Position numbers and translations under genes: made by a program. 38,721 bases of DNA from a virus (lineage: Duplodnaviria > Caudoviricetes), in the IMG/VR virus record IMGVR_UViG_3300030708_003143, positions 1-38,721 of that record, one strand, 5' to 3'. Within the stretch, counting starts at the first letter, position 1. Each line of letters starts with the position of its first letter. The notes below the pieces were generated by a model. That model had not been told where the DNA came from. It searched no databases and saw only the letters and a list, made by a program, of their open reading frames with translations. This document shows, piece by piece, positions 37,439-38,721 of this stretch.

Positions 37439-38262
37439 AAAGAATATTAACATTATCACTATTGATTAGTTCATTATTTGGACAAGTAAATCGTATACTT
37501 GATATTTCTCCGACTGCCTACGAAACATCGGTGGGTAATCAATCCTTGATATTTAGAAGTCCTGCCCGTAACTTTATGACAAAAGATGATACCATTTCAC
37601 AAGTAACATTCACGAGGATGAATTGGTTGGGAAATATTGTTGATGACATGACTTACAATTATGTGGAGTATAATTGGAAGGATTTTGACTTTTCATTGAC
37701 ATACAAGGATTACGGACAACAAAAACATACAGATGAAACTGGTGTGGTTTTAAGAAACTTTAGTCCTAATTCAATGGTTCTATATGTGGGTTGGGGAACA
37801 CAATTGAATTACAAAGGTATTCCTATGAAGAATACTTTTATTGGAATGGCTGGTAAATTTATTAGTCACGACCTATATTTAGAAAAAGGTAGTGGAGTCT
37901 TTATGGATGTGGGAATACATCAAAGAAACATAGTAGACTTGATAGATGTAGATGTGATGTTGAAGAATTGGGGTTATTCTCCAAGAATAGGAACAGTATC
38001 TACTGAAGTACCAACGAGTTTACAGATTGGTGCATCTATCGAAAGAAAAAATTTGACATTGTACAATCAATGGAATATACACAAAGGATATTACACACAT
38101 GGACAAGGTGTAAAATGGAAGTACAATGGTTTTTTAAATTATCCAACTTTAGGAATAGACTTGAAGTATGCGAATTACATACTTCATTTAGGTTACATAG
38201 GTGGAAGTGAAAACTTACCTTTGAAAAATACTTTATTAACATCAATTAATGTGGAGTTTTAA
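37435..38262 (+). CDS. PorV/PorQ-like outer-membrane beta-barrel
   Basis: Signal peptide; LDISPTA..SVGN..SPA, NWL..DMTY, DYG...TDETG...F, KFISHDL..FMDVG, KNWG..PTSLQIG; terminal Phe. Confidence 0.7.
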   Translation: MKRILTLSLLISSLFGQVNRILDISPTAYETSVGNQSLIFRSPARNFMTKDDTISQVTFTRMNWLGNIVDDMTYNYVEYNWKDFDFSLTYKDYGQQKHTDETGVVLRNFSPNSMVLYVGWGTQLNYKGIPMKNTFIGMAGKFISHDLYLEKGSGVFMDVGIHQRNIVDLIDVDVMLKNWGYSPRIGTVSTEVPTSLQIGASIERKNLTLYNQWNIHKGYYTHGQGVKWKYNGFLNYPTLGIDLKYANYILHLGYIGGSENLPLKNTLLTSINVEF

Positions 38263-38263
38263 T

Positions 38264-38323
38264 ATGTGTGAATGTACAAATTGTGACTGTCAAGTGTGTG
38301 AATGCACTTGTTGTAGTTGTTAG
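38264..38323 (+). CDS. metallothionein-like micro-protein, 19 aa (MCECTNCDCQVCECTCCSC), not in the ORF track
   Basis: GGAG 7 nt upstream; 9 Cys in 19 residues; fills the intergenic gap, and its TAG overlaps the next SD. Confidence 0.7.
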   Translation: MCECTNCDCQVCECTCCSC

Positions 38324-38334
38324 GAGAAAAAATA

Positions 38335-38715
38335 ATGGCTAAGGATATAGAGCAAGCTATTGAAGAAGTCAAATCAAAAGGATTCAAAGTATCAATTAAT
38401 AATATTATTGCTATTGTTACTTTTCTTTCTACCGTCATCGCTGGTTGGTATAGTTTTACTGGTCGTATTGATGGGTTGGAAGAAGTAGTACAAGGATTCG
38501 CTGATGCTTCTGATGTAGAAATGGTAGCGGAAAAATTCAATAAGTATGACGAGGATTTCAAATATCTTCGTGAGAAAGTTGATGGGTTGAAGACACCAAA
38601 AGTAAAATCTTACGATGGTGATATAATCAAGTTAAAAAACGAAATCGACAAATTAAAAGGAGAGATTGGAAGGTTGGAAAAGTTGTTGAAAGACCCGTTG
38701 TCGGATTTCAGATAG
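38335..38715 (+). CDS. membrane-anchored coiled-coil protein
   Basis: AGGAG 38322-38326, ATG 38335; one TM helix followed by heptads. Confidence 0.7.
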   Translation: MAKDIEQAIEEVKSKGFKVSINNIIAIVTFLSTVIAGWYSFTGRIDGLEEVVQGFADASDVEMVAEKFNKYDEDFKYLREKVDGLKTPKVKSYDGDIIKLKNEIDKLKGEIGRLEKLLKDPLSDFR

Positions 38716-38721
38716 AAAGGG

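Noticed and set aside
38100-38170. PorV-like gene as a pseudogene (C-terminal strands look shortened)
   Set aside because: The frame is open, with signal peptide and terminal Phe intact; a deletion cannot be shown without an alignment.
372-38561. Other short antisense or nested track ORFs (e.g. 904-1278, 2285-2626, 20634-21158, 27438-28040, 38259-38561)
   Set aside because: They overlap well-supported genes almost entirely and show no motifs or RBS.
1-38721. Stop-codon reassignment (TAG or TGA), as in some large phages
   Set aside because: Long genes are intact in code 11, and TAG and TGA end genes at sensible positions followed by new starts.

Overview
The window is AT-rich and densely coding. 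It is best read as part of a very large tailed (myovirus-like) phage genome rather than a cellular chromosome. 1-8139 (+): accessory and host-takeover genes, including a peptide deformylase fused to a SEC-C motif, an MBD4-type DNA glycosylase, an IMPDH/GMPR-family enzyme, a complete tmRNA with an unusually long predicted tag, an amino-DNA methyltransferase, 3D- and HD-domain proteins and a putative phage sigma-like factor. 8135-12260 (+): four tandem type IV pilin-like genes behind a candidate sigma54 promoter and enhancer, followed by envelope proteins and a TonB C-terminal protein. 12302-18466 (-): two secreted poly-Lys peptides, a glycosyltransferase-like protein, a PhyH dioxygenase, a beta-helix protein, a repeat fibre protein and a small membrane protein. 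18668-34442 (+): a baseplate/tail module (gp5-, gp25- and gp6-like). 34536-38715 (+): a cohesin/T9SS-CTD surface protein, two micro membrane proteins, a PorV-like barrel and a 19-aa metallothionein-like ORF. T9SS-type genes combined with strong Shine-Dalgarno use suggest a non-Bacteroidota FCB host such as Marinisomatota (inference). All product calls come from motif recognition by eye; no searches were run.
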